From Spizellomyces punctatus DAOM BR117 (taxonomy: Eukaryota), in the NCBI GenBank assembly GCA_000182565.2, contig KQ257456.1: 64,000 bases of DNA; one strand, given 5' to 3'. Position 1 is the stretch's first letter, and each line of letters begins with the position of its first letter. Below the pieces are notes generated by a model. It searched no databases, was not told the origin of the DNA, and worked only from the letters and a program-made list of their open reading frames with translations. Below are positions 61,894 to 64,000 of this stretch, piece after piece. Made by a program: the position numbers and the translations under genes.

Positions 61894-61980
61894 TGTCCCT
61901 AGTGGGATCGAACCCCCTGGTTCTTGCATCGTTGACCCTGGGTTTCGTTGAGCGTTAGGCCAACTGCTCTCAGAGGTACC
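61894..61980 (-). other. tRNA-like relic (pseudo-tRNA or SINE head)
   Basis: D-arm-like GAGC-AGTTGGCCTAAC-GCTC and B-box GGTTCGATCCC; acceptor stem only ~5/7 paired and no anticodon stem. Confidence 0.3.
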
Positions 61981-63343
61981 CGGAGTCGCCACTTTTGCAT
62001 TTGGTGCAAGGTTAACCTCCGTGAGTAGTCCATTACACCTTGGCCGATATGCATAAAGACCGCTTCCGCTGATTCATCCTCGCCTTATACGATAGCAGCA
62101 AGCGCCAGTTGCACTACTGTGACGCCCTCAAAGCGGCTGCGAAACCTAACGTGACGCCTACCAAAGTTATGTAATTCCCGTTGCTCCCAGGCTTCCCCTT
62201 ATTGCGGGTATCAAGGGAATGGGGTAGTGGAGTGTAGAGCTTTATCCAGCATGATAGCCCTAGGGAGTTAGACTTTGCGACTTTCCTGAGCATTGGCAGG
62301 TAAGTAAGTCTATGTAAAATCTCTTGCCCCAAATCAGCTCCGACGAGATCCATATGAATCCCGGACCCAGGTCTGCGGACCTGATTGCAAATATTGACTA
62401 ACACTCCCAAAAATACCTGCGCTTATTTACAATCAGGTCCACCCTTCACAATTGGTACCCCTAGTAGCCACTGCGAGAATATATGTTTCCGATCTAGTAA
62501 GTTCATTGGAGCCAATATACATCAAACCAAAGAACACTGATAATATTCTGGATCAGCCGACTCCGATTGACAGGTTCCCAAGTGCTGACATACCCCAAAA
62601 AAATAGCCAGTATAACTCCTACATGTCCGATAGCAGGGTGTATCGTAATTCCAACAGAATAACTTGGGGTGGCCTGAAATGCATGTGTTACTCACACATG
62701 ACTGAATGAACGACTACATGACCTTCGTTGTGCTGATGCCATACAGGATGCCATACACACATCTCAAAAGCCCTGCCCGGCTGCCTTTGTCTTACACATG
62801 GGCAATTATATATGGCAGTGTTCCATGTTAGATCTCATGGTGGTTTACAAATACTTGCCTGTAATCAGAATAAAGGACTTTTTACCGGGATATACACATA
62901 CTATAGTAAATGGAGAAGTATTTTCATAGGATATAAATAACAATAAACTGGATCATCTGTATTTGCCTTGTGTCTGATTCATTTTCAGGTCTTTTGTCAA
63001 GTGCGTTGCATGCACGGAGGGCTCAACCTGGCATTCGCTGTAAACAAAACAGCTTTTGTAGTGATCGTCAGCACATACCTGGTTCGATCACATATGCATT
63101 CGAATGCAGCTTACGCTATCCGAACTGTCAACTGTCGCCTGCGCGTTCCCACGTCGCCCCCAGCAGGAAGCTTTTCTGCCCATCAATTGGCGCTGTCCAA
63201 AACTCATTGCCTTTTACGTTTTGTTTGAAGTGTGGCAAGGCGTATAGTGCTGCTTGAGCCTTTATTTTGATCATCACCAGCTGACAAGAGGCCCTATTAT
63301 CTCACCTTCGATTTTACGCTTAACTTCTTCCCGTAGTGCGACC

Positions 63344-64000
63344 ATGGCCATTGAGAATGGAAGGAAGAAGCGCATGCCCTGGGATACGCTGCTTTCTGAT
63401 AGTGAAGAAGATCACGCAGGCCTTATGCCAACCCCGCTCGGCGAGGCACGCTCAAGCGACAGAGAAGTAGCATCCGATCATTCGCAACGTGCCGAAAACA
63501 AGATGGAGACAGTTATCAACAAATTCAAAACCTTTGCTGAACAGGTTGCAACCCAGAAAAGCAGTTGGATTGCTGGCTATGCCTAACGTTCCTTTTTCCT
63601 ATAGTCCTCGTACAGTCCACATCCAGCGCTGAAGGATGATTACATTGGGGAGGGCGAATCCTATCGTAGCGGCAGTAACTAGTACGTGTCGTGCAAAGTT
63701 ATAACTCCTGCGGACAATGGCGGAATTCAGCTCACGTTGTTCTCGCCTGTGCTTAGTGTCCCCAAGTCAAGTCAGGGAGGATCGTTTGGTCATAGCAATA
63801 GCACGAATATCAGTGGAAGGGGGAAGACGTCCAATATTCGTCACACGTTTCCAACATTGCGAGGGGGGTTGACCAAACCTGTAACACTAGACCGGACCAA
63901 GTTCAAAAGAACCCTTCAGCAAAGAGCTCGGGATTTCGAGTTTACGGCACCCGGACCTACTACGGTCTGGCAAAATGGGGTGCCTGCACAGGATGTCCCT
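63344..64000 (+). CDS. 5' part of a hypothetical protein, truncated by the window end
   Basis: ACCATGG start; introns ~63545-63604 and ~63682-63757 give a frame that stays open to the window end. Confidence 0.55.

Overview
Eukaryotic genomic DNA, gene-dense with many short GT-AG introns, from an early-diverging fungus, most likely a chytrid. The taxon is inferred from fungal genes (MET6, NDT80, DUF2408, STF2-like, PPN1-like) occurring together with genes not expected in yeasts or moulds (ADCY10-type soluble cyclase, Slo2/KCNT-type K+ channel, TMEM214). About 21 host protein-coding genes are supported. They flank a ~10.4 kb, strongly CpG-depleted nested retrotransposon island (~46.0-56.4 kb). 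The island holds a near-complete Ty1/Copia element (TG...TA LTRs, half-tRNA-iMet PBS, no TSD) disrupted by an unrelated 550-bp solo LTR with a perfect 5-bp TSD, an abutting inverted LTR fragment, older decayed Copia relics, and a 100-N gap flanked by a ~550-bp duplicated overlap. The most interesting observations are: a cyclase-STAND NTPase-helical repeat protein with Gln at the inferred adenine-selecting Lys position and a Cys/His + RRxS insert; a transition-dominated (CpG and non-CpG) mutational footprint confined to the TE island; a Slo2-like channel; a TGTGGGGA cluster upstream of MET6; and promoter-restricted TCACGTG E-boxes. All calls are by-eye motif recognition. No database searches were run, and exon boundaries and counts are manual.
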